Shown: piece after piece, positions 53,571 through 64,000 of the stretch
How positions within the stretch are numbered: position 1 is the first letter of the stretch
How the letters are laid out: each line of letters starts with the position of its first letter
NCBI RefSeq assembly: GCF_006345805.1
Contig: NC_043010.1
Span: 3,658,001 to 3,722,000, forward strand
Source of the DNA: Octopus sinensis
Taxonomy: Eukaryota
Direction of reading: 5' to 3'
DNA: 64,000 bases
Program-made: the position numbers and the translations under genes
The notes under the pieces: model-generated
What the model was told of the DNA's origin: nothing
Seen by the model: the letters and a program-made list of their open reading frames with translations, nothing else
Database searches by the model: none

Positions 53571-53750
53571 GATTTTAGTGCATAATAGGTTATGAGATGC
53601 TCAACTTGGCATATTAGATGCAGGGCAATTTTTTGAAATATTTTTTGAAAAAGTATCTTATGTACCATCAAATATGGCCATATTGAAAAATAAATATAGA
53701 ATTCAACTTAAAAATGTAGTATCTATGTGTGTGTATATATAAATATTTTT

Positions 53751-54153
53751 TTATTCTTTTACTTGTTTCAATCATTTGACTGCGGCCATGCTGGAGCACC
53801 ACCTTTATTTGAGCAAATCGACCCCCAGGACTTATTTTTTGTAAGCCTATTACTTAGTCTATTGGTCTCTGTTGACAAACCTCTAAGTTATGGGGACATA
53901 AACACACCAGCATTGGTTGTCAAGCAATGTTGGGGGGACAAACACAGGCACACAAACATATACACACTCATACATATATACATATATATACGATGGGTTT
54001 CTTTCATATTCCATCTACCAAATCCACTCACAAGGCTTTAGTCAGCCCAAGGCTATAGAAGAAGACACTTGCCCAAGTTGCCATGCAGTAGGACCGAACC
54101 CGAAACCATGTGGTTGGTAAGCAAGCTACTTACCACACAACCTCTCCTGCGCC
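53751..54153 (-). mobile_element. SINE family A (diverged)
   Basis: Full-length reverse copy. Confidence 0.85.
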
Positions 54154-54185
54154 TATATTTGAACATGCGGCGATTAAAATCTTGT

Positions 54186-54384
54186 AAATAGAATTTTAAG
54201 CCTTCACCATATATTGACTAAAGGAGATAGTCTAATATTGAGGCATATAAGCCATTGTAATAGAAAAAAAATGGGTATTAGTATGCATACTAATCCCCAT
54301 TTTTTTCTGTCACAGAGGCTTATATGCCCTAATATTTGACTGTTTTCTATAGTCAATATATAGCGAAGGCTTATAATTCTATTT
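54186..54384. mobile_element. Palindromic fold-back MITE, about 200 bp
   Basis: AAATAGAATTTTAAGCCTTC...ATTAGTATGCATACTAAT (centre)...GAAGGCTTATAATTCTATTT. Confidence 0.8.
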
Positions 54385-54584
54385 GCTACATGTCTATATC
54401 TATATGTGTTTATGTGTTTTATCTATCTGTCTATCTGTCTGTACTTGTGTAAGCTGGCTGGTGTTAAGAAGGGCATCCAGCTGTAAAAGCCATGCCAAAT
54501 CAGACTACTGCAGTCTTCTGCCAAGATAGTTCCTGTAAAAATTATCCAACTCATACCAGCATGGAAAAGGGATGTTAAATGATA

Positions 54585-54685
54585 AGTAAAAGAATAAAAG
54601 AATTTATACCATCATCATCATCATCATCACGGACGTTAAACGATGATGATGATGATGATGGTATAAATTCTTTTATTCTTTTACT
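54585..54685. repeat. Perfect 44-bp inverted repeat with 13-nt spacer
   Basis: AGTAAAAGAATAAAAGAATTTATACC(ATC)6 / ACGGACGTTAAAC / (GAT)6GGTATAAATTCTTTTATTCTTTTACT. Confidence 0.95.
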
Positions 54686-55428
54686 CGTTTCACTTCGAGC
54701 ACCGCCTTTATTCGAACAAATCGACCCCAGGACTTATTCTTTGTAAGCTTAGTACTTATTCTATCAGTCTTTTTTGCCAAACCGCTAAGCTAAGGGAATG
54801 AAAACACACACACACACATCAACGGCTTCTTTCTGTTTTCATCTACCAAATCCACAAACAAGGCTTTGGTTGGCCCAAGGCTATAGTAGAAGACACTTGG
54901 CCAAGGTGCCACGTAGTGAGTCTGAACCTGGAACCATGTAGTTGGGAAGCATATATATATATAGGTAAAATTAATAATGTAAGAAAATGGAGAGTTGAAG
55001 ATGCCTCATAGTTTGAATTCCCCCATAGACATATTTGGTCATAGAGAAATATTACCATACATAGAAACAGGTGAATATAGGTGACAGGTAGGGCATCTGA
55101 CAAAATCTGCCTCAACTAATTCTGTCCAGCCAATGCAAGTATGGAAACATTGATGTTAAAATGATGATGATGATGATGATGATGATGATGTGTGTGTATG
55201 TGTGCACTTCCTGCATGGATTAGACAATTCTTTGAGATATATTTTCTACAGTCATATCCCCTTCCTGACACAAACACTGTCCTGTTTCCATTCAAGGTCA
55301 TATTCTCCCTAGTTTGGAGATGTTTCAGTGGAAGGTTATACATGAAGTACACTGTCTGTATCACAGTCAATTGTATACCACCTTTGAGCAACGCCAAGGC
55401 AAGGAGGAACAAAAAAAAGCATGCACAC

Positions 55429-55470
<42 letters not shown>

Positions 55471-55523
55471 GTATATTTAGGAATAAGAGAAAGAAATGAC
55501 ACAGGAAAAACAATGGTTATGTT

Positions 55524-55741
55524 ATGAACTTCATTAGCTTACAACTACTTCTGTTATAAGATGCAGTGAACTCTTAGTTGAGCGCCTAAATGACTTACTC
55601 CTTTGTAATGCCCACCCTGTATATTGTGAAAATATAATCATTTCTTCCTAAATAAATTGCACTTCATATCCGAAGCTATAGGTTGTTATTCAGGCACCCA
55701 ACAAAGGCCATAGCATCTTATAGTAAGATAATGAAGTTCAT
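55524..55741. mobile_element. MITE-like element with about 29-bp TIRs
   Basis: ATGAACTTCATTAGCTTAC..TATAAGATGC versus GCATCTTATAGTAAGATAATGAAGTTCAT. Confidence 0.55.
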
Positions 55742-56189
55742 GAAACCCCTATTCTTTTTCATGTGCCATCTCTTTCTCTTATTACTTCTCTAAACTCATC
55801 TAACATTTTGTTCTGGAACATATGCATATTGAGTTCTACACCAGGTTATTGGTCTTAAGCAAAATATCATCATCATCATCACACCAGCATGGAAAGCAGG
55901 CATTAAATGGTTTGGATGGTTTGACAGGAGGATGGTTTGACAGGAGGATGGTTTGGATGGTTTGACAGACAGAAGACTGCACCAGACTTCTGTGTCTGTT
56001 TTGGCACAGCTGTTACGACTGGATGCCCTTCAGAACATCAGCCATCCCATAGAGTGGACTGAGTGCTTTTTACGTGGCAACAAACAATATATGTGTATAA
56101 ACAAGCACGCCTATGTAGTTTATGATGTTTGCTTCCAAACCATATGGCTTCAGGTTCAATCACATTGATCGGCACCTTCATCCACTAAT

Positions 56190-56850
56190 GTCATCATCAT
56201 CATTGTCTAATATATGCCCTCCATGCTGGCATGGATTGGATGGCTTCACATGGAGCTGGCTTGCAGGGAGCTGTCCAAACCCCAGCTGTCTGTTGTGGCA
56301 TGGTTCTACAGCCGGATGCCCTTCCTAATGCCAACTATTTATTTGACAGAGTATGCTGGAAGCTTTTTATGTGCCATCAGCACTGGTGGATTAATGCAGC
56401 ATTGGTACAGGTGCTTTTAAGTGGCACTGGCACCTAAAATCTGCATGTGTGGAAGACAGTGACTTTACTTAGCTTGACGGAATTTATCAAATACATCAAA
56501 TTGCCGCCTCTCCTCCTGCTCCATTGTCATTTCCTCAGTGAGGCCCAGCATCTGCAGATCATTTCTCACCACTTCATCCCATATCTTCTGAGGTCTACCC
56601 TTTCCACAGGTACCCTACACGATTGGAGCTTAGCACTGCTTTATGCAGCTGTCCTCATTCATACGCATCACATGACCAAACCAGCGTAGTCTTCTCTCTT
56701 GCACACAACATCTGATACCTCTTATATAGTTTTCCTCTTAAATCATTTACAGTCTATTATGCATGCACATTGACATTATCCATCCAGTGGAGCGTGTTAG
56801 CTTCATTTCTTTCAAGCCTTCACAAGTCCTCTGTAGTTAAAGCTCATGTT
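56190..56850 (-). mobile_element. Decayed RTE LINE 3' fragment
   Basis: RLERNEA..., QERRLRWFGHVMRMNEDSC, GTCGKGRPQKIWDEVVRNDL. Confidence 0.85.
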
Positions 56851-57072
56851 TCACTACCAAAGTGACTCCTTTTATAAAAACAATAGGATTCTTTCTATTT
56901 TTGTGTATCAAATCCATTCACAAGCATGGTCAACCTGGGGATGGCACTTGCTTGAGGTGCCTCACGGTGGCACAGAACCCAAAACCATGTGGTTTGGAAG
57001 TAGCTATCACTATAGAACACCATACAGTGGAGAGAAGTACAGTTTGAACATGCAAAAACACACTTTTTGTTT

Positions 57073-57390
57073 CATCATCATCATCATCATCATTTAGCAT
57101 CCACTTTCCATGAGTTGGACGGTTCAACTGGGGTCTGTGAAGCCAGAAGGCTGCATCAGGCCCAGTCTGATCTGGCAGTGTTTCTACAGCTGGATGCCCT
57201 TCCTAACGCCAACCACTCCGTGAGTGTAGTGGGTGCTTTTTACGTGCCACCTGCACAGGTGCCAGACGGAGCTGACAAACGGCCACGAACGGATGGTGCT
57301 TTTACATGTCACCAGCACGGGGGCCAGGCGAGGCTGGCAATGGACGCGAGCGGATGGTGCTTTTATGTGCCACTGGCACGGGGGCCAGGT
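57073..57390 (-). mobile_element. RTE-type 3' tail (family B)
   Basis: (CAT)n plus family B body with three repeat units. Confidence 0.88.
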
Positions 57391-57857
57391 CAGAATAAAT
57401 ATTTTCTAAGGAAAATTATGTATCGTTTGAAGTTCTGGATGTGAAATTACTTCTCATGTAGATTTAGTTAAAATCTGACGATTATATATCATGTCAAGGT
57501 CCCTCAAACACCCTGGTATTTCCACACATGTACAAAGTTTGTCCTTTTTTTTTCTTTTTCTTTTTGTAGCCTGAATTCTAGTTAAATGTGTTCAAGCACT
57601 ATAACTCAAGTTGCGTTAAAAATCATCCTGTCAGAGAAAGGTTTTCACTTTATTTTGATTTAAAAATCGATGGGTGTTGGTCAGATAATCATTATGAAAT
57701 ATAAAAGTTAAAACTTCATTCTTAAGTTTCATTTAGTAAAGGAGTTAAAAAAGGGAAAAAGAAATTTTTCATAAATTCAGTATGGTCATTGATAATTCTG
57801 ACAATTGTATGGTGACAAAGCACAAAGTTAGTAAAAAGGCTGGTATCCTGACCCTAG

Positions 57858-58237
57858 TGGAGGCGCAATGGCCCAGTGGTTAGGGCAGCGGACTCGCAGT
57901 CATAGGATCGCAGTTTCAATTCCCAGACCGGGCGTTGTGAGTGTTTATTGAGTGAAAACACCTAAAAGCTCCACGAGGCTCCAGCAGGGATGGTGGTGAT
58001 CCCTGCTGTACTCTTTCACCACAACTTTCTCTCACTCTTACTTCCTGTTTCTGTTGTACCTGTATTTCAAAGGGCCGGCCTTGTCACTCTCTGTGTCACG
58101 CTGAATATCCCCGAGAACTACGTTAAGGGTACATGTGTCTGTGGAGTGCTCAGCCACTTACACGTTAATTTCACGAGCAGGCTGTTCCGTTAATTCGGAT
58201 CAACCGGAACCCTCATCGTCGTAACCGACGGAGTGCT
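57858..58237 (+). mobile_element. tRNA-headed SINE sharing its 5' half with family D but with a different 3' tail
   Basis: A box TGGCCCAGTGG; flanked by TATCCTGACCCTA / TATACTGACCCTA (12/13), a likely TSD. Confidence 0.8.
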
Positions 58238-58787
58238 TTCTATACTGACCCTACTTGCCAAACTGACATATTCACACACAGTGAGAGGTCAAACTAATGA
58301 GTTTGCTGTAAGTTACGAATGTTGCTAATGCCTTTAATTCGTGTTTTTAAGGCTTAAAGCAAGGAATTAGTTTTTAAATTTTCTTTGTTTTTTTAATCTA
58401 GGTTTACATGCAATCCTGAGAAAGGTATTAGGTGATTGTGGGATGTGCTAGAAACAACAGCTAAATATCCCTTGAATCACTTATATTTTGTTTACTAAAA
58501 AGGCTTCTTCCATCATTTCCAAGATGTGGGTATCCTGATCCGGGGCACCACCATTTATAGCCATTTTAATAGTCCATTAAAATTTTATTGAAATGTTGTC
58601 ATGTTCCAAAATCTCAGGATTTATTTAGCTTTATACCAACAACAAGTATACCAAAACTCAAGTCCCTCTGACTTGAACTTTTGGATTTAATGGGGCTTGA
58701 AAACAATGTGAAATTGGCTGTTTGTGACATGTAACAAAATAGGTTTTACATGTATATTTTTAAAAATTGCAACAAGAAGCTGAACAA

Positions 58788-58981
58788 GGCGCAGGAGTGG
58801 CTGTGTGGTAAGTAGCTTGCTAACCAGCCACATGGTTCTGGGTTCAGTCCCACTGTGTGGCATCTTGGGCAAGTGCCTTCTGCTATAGCCCCGGGCTGAC
58901 CAATGCCTTGTGAGTGGATTTGGTAGACGGAAACTGAAAGAAGCCTGTCATATATATGTATATACATATACATATATATGT

Positions 58982-59018
<37 letters not shown>

Positions 59019-59224
59019 TGTGTGTTTGTCCCCGTAGCATTGCTTGACAACCGATGCTGGTGTGTTTACATCCCCGTCACTTAGCGGTTCGGCAAAAGAG
59101 ACCGATACAATAAGTACTGGGCTTACAAAGAATAAGTCCCGGGGTCGATTTGCTTGACTAAAGGCGGTGCTCCAGCATGGCCACAGTCAAATGACTGAAA
59201 CAAGTAAAAGAGTAAAAGAGAGTA
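58788..59224 (+). mobile_element. SINE family A
   Basis: Full-length copy. Confidence 0.9.
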
Positions 59225-59864
59225 AGTAAAAAAAGAGACAACTGTCATCCGGTGGTCACTATCAGTTTGTATAATCTGAAGATGGTTATCACCTCAGTTT
59301 CAAAAATTCAAAGTGATATCTATTGCAAGTGAACTCTTAATCAGACCACTGCCTACACATACTCAAATCTAATCTGATGTAATCTAATTTAATATATAAT
59401 ATGATGTAATTCAATATATGATATAATATAATATATGTAACTTATGTATATATAATGTATGTATATTATACAGGTGTTTGAGTTTATATATATATACAGA
59501 TACGATAAAGTTAGTTTAGCCAGAGTTACGCCCCTTAAGAAAGCAAGCTTCTTTCTAATGATGTAATTCAAATTAAATACTTTCACTGGTAAATGAAAAT
59601 ACAGACACATTATTATACAGCTTGCAAAGCAGGACACTTACTTCTTGAGCTACAGTGAATACCATACAGATTTTACCATACTTCAACAATGTCTTTACTT
59701 CGTGCAAAAAGGTTAGAATTTGTGCGTATATGTGTGTGGACATACATACATACATACATACATACATAATCATTTAATACATAGCATGTATAGAATTGTC
59801 TGACAGGCAAGGAAAGAGAGCTGCAAGGCTGCTATAAACTCCAATGTATTTGTATTAAATCACC

Positions 59865-60018
59865 ATCATCATCATCATCATTATCATCGTTTAACGTCCG
59901 TTTTCTGTGCTAGTACAGGTTGGACGGTCCGACTGGGGTCTGGGAAGCCAGAAGGCTGCACCAGGCTCCAGTCTGATCTGGCAGTGTTTCTATAGATGGA
60001 TGTCCTTCCTAACGTCAA

Positions 60019-60020
<2 letters not shown>
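59865..60020 (-). mobile_element. RTE-type 3' tail (family B), short
   Basis: (CAT)n CGTTTAACGTCCG... Confidence 0.85.
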
Positions 60021-60056
<36 letters not shown>

Positions 60057-60111
60057 ACACATATATATATATATTCATGTATACATATATATATATATAC
60101 TTACATATGTA

Positions 60112-60156
<45 letters not shown>

Positions 60157-60182
60157 GTATATATATATGTATTTACTTATAT

Positions 60183-61211
60183 ATCAGGTCATCCCATAAG
60201 TTCTGTCCGATTTTACGTTTTTTAAAATTGAATGAAATTTAATAGTATTTTAGAATGTCTTATGGAATTAAAAATTATTTTTATGCATTTGTGTACATTT
60301 AAACTAATTAAATACTATTTTATAAAATAACAAAATCAAAATTTCTTGGATTAAAACCCTTTCTAACATGGAAATATCCAAGTAGCATTTAAGGCACATA
60401 ATGCTTTATGAGTACAAAAAAGGAAACTCTATAGACTAAGTAACTCAAAACATGCACTCAATTTATTGGAAGGAATGCTTGAATGAAAGAACTTGCAAAA
60501 GATGGTTTGCAAAATTCAGAAGTGGAGATTTCAACCTTGAAGATGAAGATCGAACAGGACGTCCAGTTGAGTTTGATGATAAGCTCCTTGAGACATTACT
60601 TGAAGAAAATCCTTCATTATCTGTTGAAGAATTGGCAATAAAGCTTAGTTCAAACCATAGAACTGTTCATCATCAGTTTCAACAACTTGGAAAGGTTCCT
60701 AAATTGGAACATGGGTGCCTCATGAATTGTCTGAAAGCAACCATGAATCCCAAGTTGACATCTGCTCTTCTCTCCATTCTCGCAAACTCACTTCACCCTT
60801 TTTGGATAGACTTGTGACTGGTGATGAAAAATGGATCTTCTATCAAAATGTTAAACGTCGTAAACAGTGGCTTGGTAAAAGGAAAAAAGCTCAACCATAA
60901 CTGAGAAGGGAACTTCATGGAAGAAAGGTTCTTCTCTCTATCTGGTGGGATTGCAAAGGAGTAATTCACTTTGAATTGCTCCCACCAAATGCAACAATCA
61001 ATGCTCAAGTCTACTGTCAGCAATTAGAGCGTTTGAACCCAGCTTTGAAGAAAAAAGACCCGCTTTAGTGAATCGAAAACGAGTGATGTTTCATCAGGAA
61101 AATGCACGCCCCCACACTACTATGATCACAACACAGAAGATCGAAGAGCTCTGTTGGGAAAAAATTCTTCATCCGCCTTATTTTCCTTACCTTGCTCTTT
61201 CAGGCTACCAC
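60183..61211 (+). mobile_element. Mariner element A: 5' TIR plus decayed transposase to the YSPDLAP-equivalent motif
   Basis: CAGGTCATCCCATAAGTTCTGTCCG TIR; ATG at 60368; WFAKFRSGDFNLEDEDRTGRP, LVTGDEKWI, FHQENARPH, HPPYFPYLALSGYH; contains stops and frameshifts. Confidence 0.9.
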
Positions 61212-61688
61212 TACGAATTGCTTGAATGGAACCAAATGGTTAACATGGAACTCTATGTTAACGACTCAACACAGCTATTCAAGAGAAAAGACCTAATCGT
61301 CAGCATGGAGTTCTTCTGCTGCACAATAATGCCTGCCCGCACTTCGCCAATATGACCAAGGAAGCCATTCAAATGCATTGCTAAGCAGTGCTGCTACACC
61401 TTCCATACACTCCTGATTTGGCACCTATGGATTTCCACCTCTTTCAAACGCTATGCATGGACTTTCGTTCAATACCAATGCAGAATTGAGAGCTTGCTCG
61501 GATCAATTTTTCGAGTTGAAATCGGGTGATTTCTACCAGCGAGGTATTCAAAATCTTGTTGAACGTTGGGAAGAAGTTGTAAACAACAAGGGTGAATACA
61601 TTATTGATTAATTAGTTGTTATTTTTTTTATTAAACCTTTTAAAAAATTTAAGTTAAAAAAAACGGTGGGAACTTAGTTGCCAACCCA
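61212..61688 (+). mobile_element. Mariner element B: 3' half of a different transposase plus 3' TIR
   Basis: YELLEWNQMVN.., QEKRPNRQHGVLLLHNNACPH, LPYTPDLAPMDFHLF, RWEEVVNNKGEYIID*; ends AAAAACGGTGGGAACTTAGTTGCCAACCCA, which is not complementary to the TIR of A. Confidence 0.85.
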
Positions 61689-61996
61689 CTCAAAGAGAGT
61701 TTGATTTATGGCTCTGCTACTTAAACTGCCTCTTCTTCTATCTATAAATAGATAGATTCTTGGGGTTGTCTCCACTGAACTTAATAGAATAATATCAAAC
61801 CCCCTCCCCAATAGTAAATCTAAATAACAAAGTAAATTCAGTGATAAGAAGTGTATCCATGCTTAAATATCATTTACTACTATGTTTCTGTTGATGAGAC
61901 TTGCCTCTCTGTCTATCTACTTACCCTCTTTGTAATGTTGATAAAGGGAATAAGTATAAAAATGAATCTTCTTAATTTAACTAAAAAAATTCCATA

Positions 61997-62084
61997 TGTA
62001 GCTGAAGATTGCTCTACATTTTAAAACTGATGTAATACTTGCATTGTTTAATTAAATGAAGTCGCATGAAACGATTGTACTACA
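61997..62084 (+). ncRNA. Degenerate type I hammerhead motif in an upstream PLE repeat
   Basis: Helix I UGUAG/CUACA, CUGAAGA, helix II (U)UGC/GCA(U), GAAA-CGAUUG-UA. Confidence 0.5.
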
Positions 62085-62269
62085 CTATCTTTGGATAACA
62101 TTGTTGCTTATTTTAATTATAATCATCCCATTTTGATTTATATAGGTAATACCATACCAAATTCTGGTGCCTTTAACTTAAGTACCATATTCAACTGAAT
62201 CTAAATTTTTATTGAACTTATATATATATATATATATTTATCTACTACATATGTGGAAAATCATTGTGT

Positions 62270-62675
62270 GTTTGTGGAGTTGTTAGCTAACTCCTTGTAC
62301 ATCGTTTTATTGATTTTGATGAAACTTGACACATGAGTAGAACTCATGTCTAGAAACCCTGTGACATACTCAGATTGTTGAAACCCTTATATGTACCTCA
62401 TATAACGTTTTTTTAACAACCAAGGGAAATAACCCATAGCACCTGTACAATATATTTTTTTAACACTAGCGAAATAACCCATTTCATTGTTTATGTTCAA
62501 TTACTTTGAATATTGATTTTTTGTGTGTCCTATTTCTAATTTTTGCAGACAATATCACTTTTATACTTTATTTGACACATGAGTAGAACTCATGTCTGGA
62601 AACCTCGTGACATACTTAGACTCTTGAAAAAATCGATAATAGGGCCCTCCCAATGGATCCGTCTATCTACTACAT
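62270..62675 (-). mobile_element. Helitron-like repeat, homolog of 24715-25215
   Basis: TTGACACATGAGTAGAACTCATGTC occurs twice; GTTAGCTAACTCC end. Confidence 0.55.
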
Positions 62676-63860
62676 TCCAAAGAATTCTAGTTATTCCTCT
62701 ATTATCAACTCACACATGGTTAGGATTAGTTTTTCCAACAAAAAATCTCTCACAAATTATCTCCTCACATAATATTAGTCTGTTAAATAAGAATCCATTT
62801 ACTAATACTAACATTAATTTAGCTAATACCATCCATCTCCCTAGAAATATTAATAACAAGGTTATTGTCTCTGAAGTGAATTCCAACAGAATTAAGTTTA
62901 TGTTTAGTAATTCTAAGATTAAAATTTCTAAATACCAGTGTAAAATTACTTCAGGTACTGATGTCTTTTTTTATATCGGTAGTTCTTCTTCTCAGTTATC
63001 TAAAAGAATTTCTAATCATTACTCTACATTTAGGGATAGTAATAAATGCAACAGTACAGGCTTAGTAAATTAATTTGGTATTTAAAGAACCATAGTAAAC
63101 AATCTAGATTGGTTGATTCTCTCCATTTCATTCCCATATGATAAAGGCAAAGAATTCTGCCAACTCTGTAAACCTAACTATTTTCTATTCTTTTTTCTAA
63201 GAATTCCCTTGTAAACAAGGTTATAGAGCGTGCTTATCGATGTAAACATTGGCAGAAACACACCTTTAGTTTATATAAGTGATATCTACCATTATATATA
63301 ATTTGAACATTGATTTGCTTCTTACATTTCTCTTCCACTAGATATATCTTTTTCCAAGCATTTAACCTTTTATTTGATTCACATATCGCTCTATATTTCT
63401 CATTTAGTAGTTTTCTACTTATTTCTTTCCTTTACTCCTCCTCTTTCTATAGGCTACCTTTGACATTATACCCTCTCACTGTTTTTTAAAAAAACTTAAA
63501 GAATTCCATTCATCATTATAGACATTCATCACATTCTGTTAAAATGTCTTATTGATGAGTTCGGTTTATTTCTTTCTTTCTCTGATGAGAAGATTACATT
63601 GTTTTACACCATTTTATTCCTTTGGAATAATACAAAAGTTGTCTTCGAAACAAGTGTTGGAAGTAAAAGCTTCAAATAAAATTGTTCTTAGTATGAAACA
63701 ATTGTACTAAACTACTAATCCATTCTTGATGCTTTTTTTCTTGGTTATAATCACCCCACATTATTTAATGGTTAACACCATAATTGAATTCTGGTGCATC
63801 TAAGTTAAGTATCATATTCATTTGAATTCATTGGAATTCACTTGGATCTTAATTGTTTTT
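62675..63860 (+). mobile_element. Penelope-like element 3' part: GIY-YIG endonuclease, 3' UTR, hammerhead, terminal repeat
   Basis: TKNLSQIISSHNISLL; YQCKIT..FFYIGSS..LSKRISNHYSTFRD..NSTGL; FCQLC; LVNK...RCKH. 63745-63835 is a diverged direct repeat of 62117-62205. Confidence 0.8.
63577..63663 (+). ncRNA. Type I hammerhead ribozyme with intact catalytic core
   Basis: Helix I UUUCU/GGAAG (2 G:U), CUGAUGA at 63582-63588, helix II GAAGAU/GUCUUC with a long loop, GAAA at 63647-63650, C-AAGU-GUU; predicted cut after 63658. Confidence 0.7.
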
Positions 63861-63862
63861 GC

Positions 63863-63864
<2 letters not shown>

Positions 63865-63903
<39 letters not shown>

Positions 63904-64000
63904 ATATGTATATATATATAAAATATGTATGTATGTATATGTATGTATATATGTATATATATAAATATATATGTATGTATATGTATAAATGTATATTATG
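63865..64000. repeat. (TA)n/(ATGT)n microsatellite
   Basis: Direct reading. Confidence 0.95.

Noticed and set aside
422-60242. Dozens of ORFs rich in Y/I, C/V, H/T or YLSI
   Set aside because: They are translations of (TA)n, (TG)n, (CA)n and (ATCT)n microsatellites, which lack stops in some frames.
60368-61610. Intact or domesticated (SETMAR-like) transposase
   Set aside because: Stop at codon 6, several frameshifts, chimeric junction and no SET domain.

Overview
AT-rich, repeat-dominated metazoan DNA with no intact protein-coding gene that I can support. The repeat families look like those of an octopus-type (cephalopod) genome; this is inference from recalled repeat sequences, not a database hit. 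Content: about 15 copies of one tRNA-headed SINE with an internal microsatellite, several other tRNA-headed SINEs, many RTE LINE 3' fragments with (TGA)n tails, decayed CR1/Jockey-type LINE pieces, mariner relics, piggyBac-like and fold-back MITEs, Helitron-like elements and long microsatellites. It also holds three fragments of Penelope-like elements (PLEs). Nearly all ORFs in the track are microsatellite artefacts or transposon relics. The most interesting signal is a set of hammerhead ribozyme motifs. Two sit in the 3' repeats of a PLE at about 62-63.8 kb. A third type sits inside a roughly 250-bp element with a tRNA-like Pol III head (three copies in the first 2.5 kb). Two of those copies form a head-to-head palindrome flanked by a 17-bp target-site-like repeat, which suggests a SINE-like element mobilised by PLE machinery. 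Other oddities: a chimeric mariner, a perfect 44-bp inverted repeat around a minimal RTE tail, a roughly 1.36-kb tandem duplication, pre-miRNA-like hairpins, and a candidate promoter/non-coding first exon near 10.0-10.3 kb. Coordinates were read by eye and may be off by a few bases.
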